Assembly: GCA_045106415.1 (NCBI GenBank)
Contig: JBGCEP010000019.1
Span: 1-10,689, forward strand
Direction of reading: 5' to 3'
DNA: 10,689 nt
Source of the DNA: Oligoflexales bacterium
Lineage (GTDB): Bacteria; Bdellovibrionota_B; Oligoflexia; Oligoflexales; Bog-1112
Numbering within the stretch: the first letter of the stretch is position 1; the number at the start of each line of letters is the position of its first letter. Both the position numbers and the translations under genes were made by a program. This document shows positions 1-6,955 of this stretch, one piece after another. The notes under the pieces are model-generated. The model had not been told where the DNA came from. It searched no databases and saw nothing but the letters and a program-made list of their open reading frames with translations.

Positions 1-123
1 GTTTACATTGAACTTGATGGGCAGATGCAAGTCTTAGTGACAGGTGTTACTGACCTACGAAGAAAAATCATATTAATGATTTCAAATTCTGCATCTGATA
101 TTTATTCTCTAAATCAAAATTAG
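1..123 (+). CDS. 3' end of a gene entering from the left, probably an IS1634-family transposase C-terminus (partial)
   Basis: Frame 1 is open from base 1 to TAG at 121-123: VYIELDGQMQVLVTGVTDLRRKIILMISNSASDIYSLNQN*. The pattern (short beta segment, 'V.G+T+L.RKII.+.......IY') resembles IS1634 transposase tails as I recall them. TGCCGGATGAATG at 134-146 loosely resembles IS1634 right ends (TGCGGAATG..). Only 40 aa are visible. Confidence 0.45.
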   Translation, partial: VYIELDGQMQVLVTGVTDLRRKIILMISNSASDIYSLNQN

Positions 124-260
124 GTGTGATCAATGCCGGATGAATGAGTGTTAAACAAGTGAGATTCATGTATCACACTCAACTTCATAAAACATATAAA
201 AAACATGAGACAATACTTGCTTTACGCTGAGCGTATTTTAACTACAGCTTTCAATTTTAA

Positions 261-583
261 GGTCTGTTAACCAGTTAAAGATAAGAATTTGAAAATAAAA
301 AGAAAAACCTAATGACTATTTTGCAAAGAGCAATCAAAAGGGTTTTCTATGTAACTATATATGCCCACAAATAGATTTGATCGAAGCCGTACTCCAGAAG
401 TTAAAATTCATCACAAGCCAAAGCTACGAAGAAATTCTCTATAGAATGCATGGAAAGACCTCATAAAGCACTTTAGTCCGATGGAATTCGGTATGTAAAC
501 AAGTTCAACAAATGGTGTAAACTTTCAAAGGTAAAAGCCATATTTGAAGCCGTTTCGTCCGACACTGATGCAGTATCATCAAA
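261..583 (+). mobile_element. Decayed IS5-family (IS427 group) insertion sequence, left end and 5' part only
   Basis: TAA (258-260) is followed by GGTCTGTTAAC (261-271), resembling an IS427-group terminal repeat next to a TA/TAA target. A frameshifted transposase remnant follows from ATG 361. No matching right end was found. Confidence 0.7.
361..583 (+). pseudogene. IS5-family transposase N-terminal pseudogene
   Basis: Stitching frames gives MP (361-366), QIDLIEAVLQKLK (from 368), IHHKPKLRR, EILYRM (431-448), WKDLIKHFSP (451-480), WNSVCK (from 482), KFNKWCKLSKVKAIFEAVSSDTD (501-569), SIIK (572-583). This is collinear with the IS427-group motif series 'KP.LR..+EG+LYR+R.GCPWRDLP..FG.WNS+YK+FN+W......IF......D....IDGSI+KAH'. 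Several frameshifts and short deletions are needed. Confidence 0.8.
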
Positions 584-671
584 ACTGCAATCTTATAATT
601 TCATTCATTTCAGTGATAGAACAGTCAAACGCTTGGATCACGGATATAATCAAAAAAGAAGATTTCTCATC

Positions 672-697
672 AAAAAAAAACGACATGCCACACGGTC
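672..697 (-). terminator. Possible intrinsic terminator of the leftward operon
   Basis: On the minus strand, overlapping and following the stop of the 696..1169 ORF: GACCGTG-TGG-CATGTC (weak bulged hairpin), then G and nine T residues (A-run 672-680 on the plus strand). Confidence 0.35.
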
Positions 698-1169
698 AAT
701 GCTCAATAAAAACCTTCTCATACGGAGCCGCTGCTCTTCGCACCCAGTTTAATAATTCTGTTGGGTCGTGTTGGCCACACAGTATATAGATTTCGGATAA
801 TGTTTCTGGACTCACCTCAAGAAGTTCAGCCAACCAGCGTTCTGGAGTTTCTTCAATCTGAGGGGAAATATAAAAACCCAACGTGTCAGTTCCCCACCCA
901 CTCATCCAAGATTTAAAATGATTTGTAAGATCATGATATCGAAGTAGACAAAGAATTTTTTGCTGTTCAAAACTATGAGCTAAAAGCATGGGACGAACAT
1001 CATCAGACACACCCTCATGAGCTACCTGAATCATCAGTTCGCTGGGGTGATCCCAACGCTTATCTGATAGATCACCTGCACCCTGAGGAGCAGATGTAAG
1101 CCAAACTTTCACATGCTCTGGTTCAGCATCGTGATTTAGCAGTAGACGAATTCTACACTCAGATGTCAT
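696..1169 (-). CDS. Hypothetical protein, 157 aa, acidic, no recognised family
   Basis: Intact ORF with ATG start and purine-rich AAGAGTAGG upstream. Co-oriented with nusB and 56 bp downstream of it, with protein-like composition. No motif recognised. Confidence 0.7.
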   Translation of the reverse strand: MTSECRIRLLLNHDAEPEHVKVWLTSAPQGAGDLSDKRWDHPSELMIQVAHEGVSDDVRPMLLAHSFEQQKILCLLRYHDLTNHFKSWMSGWGTDTLGFYISPQIEETPERWLAELLEVSPETLSEIYILCGQHDPTELLNWVRRAAAPYEKVFIEH

Positions 1170-1200
1170 AGACCTACTCTTAAAATACCGACATTCTAAG

Positions 1201-1229
1201 ATGATGTTCCATCAGCGAGATGAAGTCAA
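1201..1229 (-). promoter_or_regulatory. Candidate sigma70 promoter for the orphan ORF
   Basis: Minus strand TTGACT (1229-1224), 17 nt spacer, CATCAT (1206-1201). An alternative -10, TAGAAT, lies at 1198-1193. Confidence 0.3.
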
Positions 1230-1642
1230 TTTTCAAGCTTATCTTTGACCATCGAATCAAGCAAACCGTTCACAAAACGTGCTGAATTTTGTGTTCCATA
1301 ACGCTTTGCCAATTCAATAGCTTCATTCAAAATCACTTTCACAGGTGTTTTGTCTTCCAAAATCTCTGCCGCTGCTAAACGCAACGTCAAGCGATCTGTA
1401 ATCGCCATACGATGAAGAGGCCAGTGTTCTGCAACGCTCTCAATCTGTTTGTCGATTTCGTTTTGGCTTGCAAAAACAATTTCACAAAGGACCCCTGCAC
1501 GCTCAACCACGCCACCTGTTTTATCAAGATAGCGTGCAAAGTCTCTAAAGTGACCTTGTGAAAAATAAAACATGCGATCAGTCTCACACTGATACAAAAA
1601 CTTAAGCGCTAATTCACGTGCTTCGTGATTTTGCTGACTCAC
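1226..1642 (-). CDS. nusB: Transcription antitermination factor NusB
   Basis: ARELALKFLYQ N-terminal helix, 'W.L.RM...DR..LRLA..E', and 'P.KVILNEAIELAKRYG...S.RFVNGLLD'. GTG start overlaps the ribH stop (GTGA); canonical ribH-nusB order. Confidence 0.97.
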   Translation of the reverse strand: MSQQNHEARELALKFLYQCETDRMFYFSQGHFRDFARYLDKTGGVVERAGVLCEIVFASQNEIDKQIESVAEHWPLHRMAITDRLTLRLAAAEILEDKTPVKVILNEAIELAKRYGTQNSARFVNGLLDSMVKDKLEN

Positions 1643-2109
1643 AATTGAACCCCTTCTTGCAGGCGTGCCATACTTTTCATCATTGATAAAACGACTTGAG
1701 CGGCATCTTCACCTTTATTTTCGACTAATTGCTTTCCATCTTGCTGCTTCTGATCTTTGCTTAAACCACTCCGCGCCCTTGCTTGAGCAACTGTATCTGT
1801 GGTCAAAACACCAAAAGAAACAGGGAGTTGGTTCTCTATAGAAACCTGCATCAAGCCAGCTGCAGCTTGTTGACATACATAATCAAAATGAGGTGTCTCC
1901 CCACGTATGACACACCCAAGGGCGATCACGCCAGCGTACCGTTGTGTCTTCACTCCAACAGCTGCTAGCTGTGCTAACTCATAGGCACCAGGAACAAATT
2001 CAACCTCAAAAGCACACTGTGCCTTCTCCAAGACACTCTTTGCTCCCTCTAGCAGGGAACTTGTCACCTCAGAGTTAAACTCACTTACAATAATCAGTAT
2101 TTTTTTCAT
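1639..2109 (-). CDS. ribH: 6,7-dimethyl-8-ribityllumazine synthase
   Basis: Motifs IIVSEFN, VPGAYEL, ALGCVIRGETPHFDYVC, PVSFGVLT, QA.ARSG and NKG.DAA. Confidence 0.98.
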   Translation of the reverse strand: MKKILIIVSEFNSEVTSSLLEGAKSVLEKAQCAFEVEFVPGAYELAQLAAVGVKTQRYAGVIALGCVIRGETPHFDYVCQQAAAGLMQVSIENQLPVSFGVLTTDTVAQARARSGLSKDQKQQDGKQLVENKGEDAAQVVLSMMKSMARLQEGVQL

Positions 2110-2122
2110 AAGATTACCCTTT

Positions 2123-2800
2123 TTAATACGCTGCTGTTGAGTGACTCAAACCATCACGTGTCACATCAGAAGCCATTGGCTTTGCTGCTAAGTAAATTTT
2201 CAGATCTTCTATTGTCAGCATATGCAAACCATGCTTTTCAGCATATTTTAAAAGCTCAGGGCGACGAGCCATGGTCCCATCAGGGTTCATGATCTCACAA
2301 ATCACTCCTGCAGCCTTCAGACCTGCGAGTTTGGCAAGGTCAACAGAAGCCTCAGTGTGTCCTGGGCGTTCTTGAACACCACCGTGTTTCGCAACAAGTG
2401 GAAACATATGTCCTGGAACAACTAAGTCTGAAGGTTTGGCATTTTCTGATATCGCAACAGCAATTGTATGCGCTCGGTCTGCTGCAGAAATTCCAGTTGT
2501 AACACCATGGGCTGCGTCAACACTCATTGTAAATGCAGTCCTTAATACATCAGCATCTTTATTGGGGTCTTTCATCATAGGAAGCTGTAAACGATCTACG
2601 AAATCTGGGGACATAGCTAAACAAATCAATCCACATGCTTCACGTGCCATAAAGTTGATCATCTCAGGCGTTGCCGCTGAGGCTGCACAAATCAGATCCC
2701 CTTCATTTTCTCGATTTTCATCATCCGTCATGATGACAGCTCGCCCTTGGCGAATCTCATCAATAGCCGTTTGAACTCGGTCGATAGAGTCGTTTGACAT
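2123..2800 (-). CDS. ribB: 3,4-dihydroxy-2-butanone-4-phosphate synthase (stand-alone RibB, 225 aa)
   Basis: Motifs DDENRENEGD, GLICL, TAFTMSVDA, GVTTGISAADRA, PGHMFPL, RPGHTEA, GVICEIMNPDGTMAR. Start placed at ATG 2800 (MSNDS..., AAGGAAG upstream) rather than 2833. No GTP cyclohydrolase II domain follows. Confidence 0.97.
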   Translation of the reverse strand: MSNDSIDRVQTAIDEIRQGRAVIMTDDENRENEGDLICAASAATPEMINFMAREACGLICLAMSPDFVDRLQLPMMKDPNKDADVLRTAFTMSVDAAHGVTTGISAADRAHTIAVAISENAKPSDLVVPGHMFPLVAKHGGVQERPGHTEASVDLAKLAGLKAAGVICEIMNPDGTMARRPELLKYAEKHGLHMLTIEDLKIYLAAKPMASDVTRDGLSHSTAAY

Positions 2801-2857
2801 CAAACTTCCTTTTATAGCTATTAAAGAACGCAAGAATCACTGCAGCGCAGCCTCGAG

Positions 2858-2915
2858 ATGATCCTCGAACTCGCAAGTGATGTCAATAAATCTTATGTGA
2901 AAATTAAAATTAATT
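2858..2915 (-). promoter_or_regulatory. Candidate internal sigma70 promoter for ribB-ribH-nusB
   Basis: Minus strand perfect TTGACA (2886-2881), 17 nt spacer, GATCAT (2863-2858), preceded by an AT-rich UP-like tract (about 2887-2915). It lies in the only long intergenic gap of the operon. Confidence 0.55.
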
Positions 2916-2951
2916 CTCGAGCTTATCTCGCCCGTTCACTTGTGACTCTAA

Positions 2952-3542
2952 CTAAGAGAGCTCAGAACGCGTTGCCATTAATCTTTCAACGTACTTACCA
3001 AGAATATCCACCTCAAGGTTCACTTTTTGACCAACACGTGCAACATCAAAGTGTGTAACAGCTAGAGTTGCGGGAATAAGCATCAAAAAGACTTTTTCAT
3101 CTTCGATTTTATTAATGGTCAACGAAACACCATCAATAGTTAAAGACCCTTTTTCAATGACATAAGGACAAAGGTGTTCAGGCAACGACACTGCAAGCTC
3201 ACAAAATCCGCCTTTATTACATATGTTTGTAATATACCCGCAATCATCCACATGGCCACTGACCCAATGTCCACCCAGTCTATCGCCTAACTTTAGGGCT
3301 CGTTCAATATGCACGAGACCCCCAAGTTTCACATCTCCTAAAGAGGTTTTTGCTAAAGACTCTGAGCTTACATCAAAAACAAGTTGGTTTTCATCCGAGT
3401 CAGCACAAACTGTTAAACAGCAACCATTAACAGCAATGCTGTCGCCTGTGGATGCGTCATATTCCGCTGGCCGTTCTAGCACCAAATTATGCGCTTGATT
3501 CTCACGCACGACAACTGTTTTCTCAACAAGCCCAGTAAACAT
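2952..3542 (-). CDS. ribE: Riboflavin synthase (alpha chain; ribE/ribC)
   Basis: N-terminal MFTGLVE, GDSIAVNGCCLTV, ERAL..GDRLGGH.VSGHVD, KGSLTIDGVSLTIN, VNLEVDILGKYVER. GGAGG RBS; TAATG overlap with the nrdR stop. Confidence 0.98.
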   Translation of the reverse strand: MFTGLVEKTVVVRENQAHNLVLERPAEYDASTGDSIAVNGCCLTVCADSDENQLVFDVSSESLAKTSLGDVKLGGLVHIERALKLGDRLGGHWVSGHVDDCGYITNICNKGGFCELAVSLPEHLCPYVIEKGSLTIDGVSLTINKIEDEKVFLMLIPATLAVTHFDVARVGQKVNLEVDILGKYVERLMATRSELS

Positions 3543-4024
3543 TAAACCTCCAAAGACGAAGCCAGCAAAGCTCCTGAACGCCCTTGTAAAAGAGTTAAAA
3601 TCGAGCGAAATTCTTTAAGATCTTTAAAATCTTTATAGACAGACGCAAACCTTACATAGGCGACATGATCAAGATCATACAGACCTTTTAACATCATTTC
3701 TCCAAGATCGCGGCTATCAATAACCTGACCATATTTTGCAACTTCTCGCTCAACACGTCCCATGAGATGTTCCATTTCCTCTAAACGAATTGGACGCTTT
3801 TGACAGGCTATCTGCAAAGACTGAAGAGCTTTCGTACGATAGTATGGCTCTAATTGTCCGTCACGTTTTCGGACCTGCATCGTTAAATCATCTTCTCGCT
3901 CATATGTCGTAAAACGATGATCACAACGGCGACAAGACCGACGACGACGAGTTGTTAGCCCATCTCCTTGCACACGACTTTCTAAAACTCTGGTCTCTAA
4001 ATGACCGCACTGTCGGCACTTCAC
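3542..4024 (-). CDS. nrdR: Transcriptional repressor NrdR (zinc ribbon + ATP cone), 160 aa
   Basis: C..C...[42 protein letters not shown]. Likely GTG start at 4024, overlapping the glyA stop (GTGA) with GAGGAG 8 nt upstream, giving MKCRQCG... Confidence 0.97.
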   Translation of the reverse strand: MKCRQCGHLETRVLESRVQGDGLTTRRRRSCRRCDHRFTTYEREDDLTMQVRKRDGQLEPYYRTKALQSLQIACQKRPIRLEEMEHLMGRVEREVAKYGQVIDSRDLGEMMLKGLYDLDHVAYVRFASVYKDFKDLKEFRSILTLLQGRSGALLASSLEV

Positions 4025-5277
4025 GCCATCCACTCCTCATATAATGGATAAGCTTTTGCAAGCTTAAAGACTTCTTCTCTAATTTTTAGGAGGGCATCTG
4101 GCTGATCCCAGACCTTAATAACCTCTACAATCCATAAACCGATTTTTTGCATCGCTTGTTCGTCCATCCCTCTGGTGGTTAGAGCGGGAGTTCCAAGTCG
4201 GATACCGCTCGTCACAAACGGACTTCTTTTATCACCAGGGACAGTATTTTTATTTACAGTCATTCCAGCAGCACCAAGAGCGATTTCAATATCTTTTCCG
4301 CTACACTCTTCTGCTGAAAGGTCCAGAAGCACTAAATGATTATCTGTACCACCTGAAACTAGATGGAGACCGTTTTCAGAAAGTGTTATTGCTAACGCCT
4401 TAGCGTTCGCAATAACTTGCTTTTGGTAAACTTTATAATCAGGAGCCAAAGCCTCTTTAAACGCAACAGCTTTCGCAACAATCATATGTTCAAGAGGACC
4501 TCCTTGAGTCCCAGGAAAAACACCCTTATGAAGCGAAGCGCTTAAAGATTCATCATTCCAAAGCAAGAGACCACCACGTGGGCCGCGCAATGTTTTGTGA
4601 GTTGTTGTGCTTACAACATGAGCGTGAGGAATTGGAGTTGGGTGCAATCCTGTTGCCACAAGCCCAGCAATATGAGCCATATCAACAAAAAGATAAGCGC
4701 CCGCAGCGTCTGCTATTTTTCTAAAACGCTCAAAATCAATCGTGCGAGCGTAAGCACTCGCGCCTGCGATCAAAACCTTCGGTTTTAATTGAAGTGCTTG
4801 CTTTTCAATTTCATCATAATCTAAATAACCATGCTCATTCACACCATAAAACTCTGCCTGATAATAAACACCAGAAAAATTCACAGGAGAACCGTGCGTT
4901 AAATGACCACCATGACTTAAATTCATGCCAAGAATAGTATCGCCCGGTTTTGCTAAAGCCAGTAGTGCAGCAGCATTTGCTTGAGCACCTGAGTGAGGCT
5001 GCACATTCGCAAATTTCGCTCCAAAAATTTCACAAGCCCTTTGAATTGCTAAATTTTCAAGCTCATCAACATATTCACAACCGCCATAGTATCTTTTTCC
5101 AGGACGACCCTCTGCATACTTATTACATAAAACGTTAGCCATAGATTGCAAAACAACAGATGACACAAAGTTCTCTGAAGCAATAAGCTCAAGCCCTTCT
5201 GTCTGACGCCCAAGCTCTGCATTGACCATACGATGAACATCTGGATCCACACTCTCAAGACACTGCCAAGGCTTCAT
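4021..5277 (-). CDS. glyA: Serine hydroxymethyltransferase, 418 aa
   Basis: [56 protein letters not shown]-lysine motif [35 protein letters not shown]. Start placed at ATG 5277 (GGAG 5 nt upstream). Confidence 0.99.
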   Translation of the reverse strand: MKPWQCLESVDPDVHRMVNAELGRQTEGLELIASENFVSSVVLQSMANVLCNKYAEGRPGKRYYGGCEYVDELENLAIQRACEIFGAKFANVQPHSGAQANAAALLALAKPGDTILGMNLSHGGHLTHGSPVNFSGVYYQAEFYGVNEHGYLDYDEIEKQALQLKPKVLIAGASAYARTIDFERFRKIADAAGAYLFVDMAHIAGLVATGLHPTPIPHAHVVSTTTHKTLRGPRGGLLLWNDESLSASLHKGVFPGTQGGPLEHMIVAKAVAFKEALAPDYKVYQKQVIANAKALAITLSENGLHLVSGGTDNHLVLLDLSAEECSGKDIEIALGAAGMTVNKNTVPGDKRSPFVTSGIRLGTPALTTRGMDEQAMQKIGLWIVEVIKVWDQPDALLKIREEVFKLAKAYPLYEEWMA

Positions 5278-5293
5278 AGTCACTCCATCTTTA

Positions 5294-5764
5294 TCATCTG
5301 AGTTTCGCAACAATTTCGGACATTTGATCTAATTTTTTAACACGCAGTCGATGACGGTCTCCTTCGAAATCTGTCTTTAACCACGCATCTAATATAGAGA
5401 GGGCCTGCTCACTATCAAGCAAGCGTTCCCCCAAACACAGAGCGTTCGAGTCATTATGCAAACGGCTCAACTGAGCAGACTCAATACTCCAAGCCGTCAC
5501 AGCACGAACTCCGTGAAGTCGGTTTAATGCCATCGACACACCGATACCACTACCACAAACTGCGACACATCGGCTCCAACGGCTTTCTTGCAAACCTCGC
5601 CCTAGAGCAGCAACACAGTCAGGGTAGTCGACCTTCACAGTTGCACTTTCTGCACCAAGGTCCATCACCGGATAACCCAACCTCATCAGATGGTCAAGAA
5701 TTTTCCTCTTTAGATGAAACCCAGCATGATCTGATGCAACAGCAATCATAGATTGCTCTATCAT
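5294..5764 (-). CDS. rpiB: Ribose-5-phosphate isomerase B (RpiB/LacA/LacB family)
   Basis: [42 protein letters not shown] overlap with the acpP stop; rpiB-glyA adjacency is common. Confidence 0.95.
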   Translation of the reverse strand: MIEQSMIAVASDHAGFHLKRKILDHLMRLGYPVMDLGAESATVKVDYPDCVAALGRGLQESRWSRCVAVCGSGIGVSMALNRLHGVRAVTAWSIESAQLSRLHNDSNALCLGERLLDSEQALSILDAWLKTDFEGDRHRLRVKKLDQMSEIVAKLR

Positions 5765-6006
5765 TGCGCTGCTGCTTCAACATGGTGAATATAGTTCACA
5801 GCATCACCCACTGTTTTAATCTTCTCAGCTTCCTTATCAGGGATCGTTGTAGAGAAGGTTTCCTCCATCACCATTACAAGTTCGACAATATCCAAAGAAT
5901 CTGCACCAAGATCCTCTGTAAATTTTGCCTTTGGTACAACAGCGCTTTCTTCAACACCCAACTGATTCACAATAATCGCTTTGACACGAGATTCCACATT
6001 CGACAT
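5761..6006 (-). CDS. acpP: Acyl carrier protein
   Basis: [26 protein letters not shown] (phosphopantetheine serine), IPD.EAEKI.TVGDA..YI. GGAGG RBS at 6017-6013. Confidence 0.98.
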   Translation of the reverse strand: MSNVESRVKAIIVNQLGVEESAVVPKAKFTEDLGADSLDIVELVMVMEETFSTTIPDKEAEKIKTVGDAVNYIHHVEAAAQ

Positions 6007-6040
6007 GCTTGTCCTCCGAGTAGTAGAGACCTAGAATAGC

Positions 6041-6068
6041 AATCTAGCGGAATAGTCGCGACTGTCAA
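6041..6068 (-). promoter_or_regulatory. Candidate sigma70 promoter for the acpP operon with an overlapping palindrome
   Basis: Minus strand TTGACA (6068-6063), 16 nt spacer, TAGATT (6046-6041). A perfect palindrome AGTCGCGACT (6054-6063) abuts and overlaps the -35 box. Confidence 0.6.
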
Positions 6069-6097
6069 TCGAACTCATTTGAAAGAAAGTAGAAATC

Positions 6098-6862
6098 ATG
6101 ACAGAAAGTTTCGAACTCGCCGTGATCTCCGACGTCCATATTCGAGATCGCGACGACGCAAAAATAGAAAAAATATCATCTCTTTTTAGTTGGTTAGAAG
6201 AAAAAGGTTGTAAAAAAGTTTTGCTGAACGGCGATATTTTTGATGTTTTTATCGGAAACTTTTATTTTCAAAAATACTATTATTCTTTCTTTCAAAGCCT
6301 CGAGCAGCTCTCAAAAAGCTCTCAGATCATCTATTTACAAGGAAACCATGAATTTTTTTTGAATAAGATTCCTTACCAAAGCTATATGAAAACTGCTCTA
6401 GAAGACGTCTATATTCATAAATCAGAAAATCATGGAAATATTTATATTGCTCATGGCGATCATCTCAACCCTTCCAGGGGGTATCAAATTCTGAGAAAAA
6501 TACTTCGCAACCCGATCACTTACTTCGCGACCAAACTTCTTCCTGGAGCCATGGTTCGTCAAATATGCTTAGGGATTTCTGACCTTTCACGTCACCGCAA
6601 TAAAAATCGAGAAAAACGACTTCCTCATCAAAAAATATTATCCGTGATTCAAGAGCACAGCAAAAATCAAAACTGCTCAACTGCAGTCATCGGGCACTAC
6701 CACACCCCGTGGGCTCAAAACATAAAAAACCAGAATATTTTTGGACTAGATTGCTGGGATCGCCCAAATGTTCTCTTATTTGGTGAAAAGCACATTTTAC
6801 GAGCTCATCCTGATTCTAAAAACACATGGCAAACGAGTCATCCTACTCCTCTGCATGTGTAA
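6098..6862 (+). CDS. Calcineurin-like metallophosphoesterase, UDP-2,3-diacylglucosamine diphosphatase (LpxH-like)
   Basis: All five metallophosphoesterase motifs are present: ISDVH, LNGDIFD, GNHE, AHGD, GHYH. The helical lid after HGD (GYQILRKILRNP...S..SR) is typical of the LpxH family; 254 aa. Confidence 0.8.
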   Translation: MTESFELAVISDVHIRDRDDAKIEKISSLFSWLEEKGCKKVLLNGDIFDVFIGNFYFQKYYYSFFQSLEQLSKSSQIIYLQGNHEFFLNKIPYQSYMKTALEDVYIHKSENHGNIYIAHGDHLNPSRGYQILRKILRNPITYFATKLLPGAMVRQICLGISDLSRHRNKNREKRLPHQKILSVIQEHSKNQNCSTAVIGHYHTPWAQNIKNQNIFGLDCWDRPNVLLFGEKHILRAHPDSKNTWQTSHPTPLHV

Positions 6863-6955
6863 ATAAACAAAACACGAGGCTCTTCCAAAGTGTATAGTCT
6901 ACAAACAACAAGATCACGCTAAAGCAATGATATCTTTCGCATTAAGGAGTACGCT

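Noticed and set aside
124..178. Long imperfect hairpin (GTGTGAT/ATCACAC, ATGAAT/ATTCAT)
   Set aside because: Short stems separated by large asymmetric loops in AT-rich DNA, spanning a probable IS boundary; consistent with chance.
544..789. 81-aa plus-strand ORF
   Set aside because: TTG start with no RBS; it begins inside the IS5 remnant out of frame and overlaps the 696..1169 gene antisense; no motif.
777..792. ACACAGTATATAGATT, resembling an NrdR box
   Set aside because: Single imperfect copy inside a coding region with no ribonucleotide reductase gene in the window; NrdR boxes usually occur as tandem pairs in promoters.
2801..2951. FMN riboswitch upstream of ribB
   Set aside because: The gap length is suggestive, but none of the RFN conserved blocks (AGGGCGGGGTGAAATTCCC, CCGAC, GGATGGGAG) are present on the minus strand.
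1387..6039. Short alternative-frame and antisense ORFs (1387..1587, 1783..1968, 2436..2774, 2858..3058, 3223..3498, 4597..4788, 4950..5138, 5049..5258, 5527..5751, 5764..6039)
   Set aside because: All overlap well-supported housekeeping genes and show no recognisable motifs; they are shadow ORFs.
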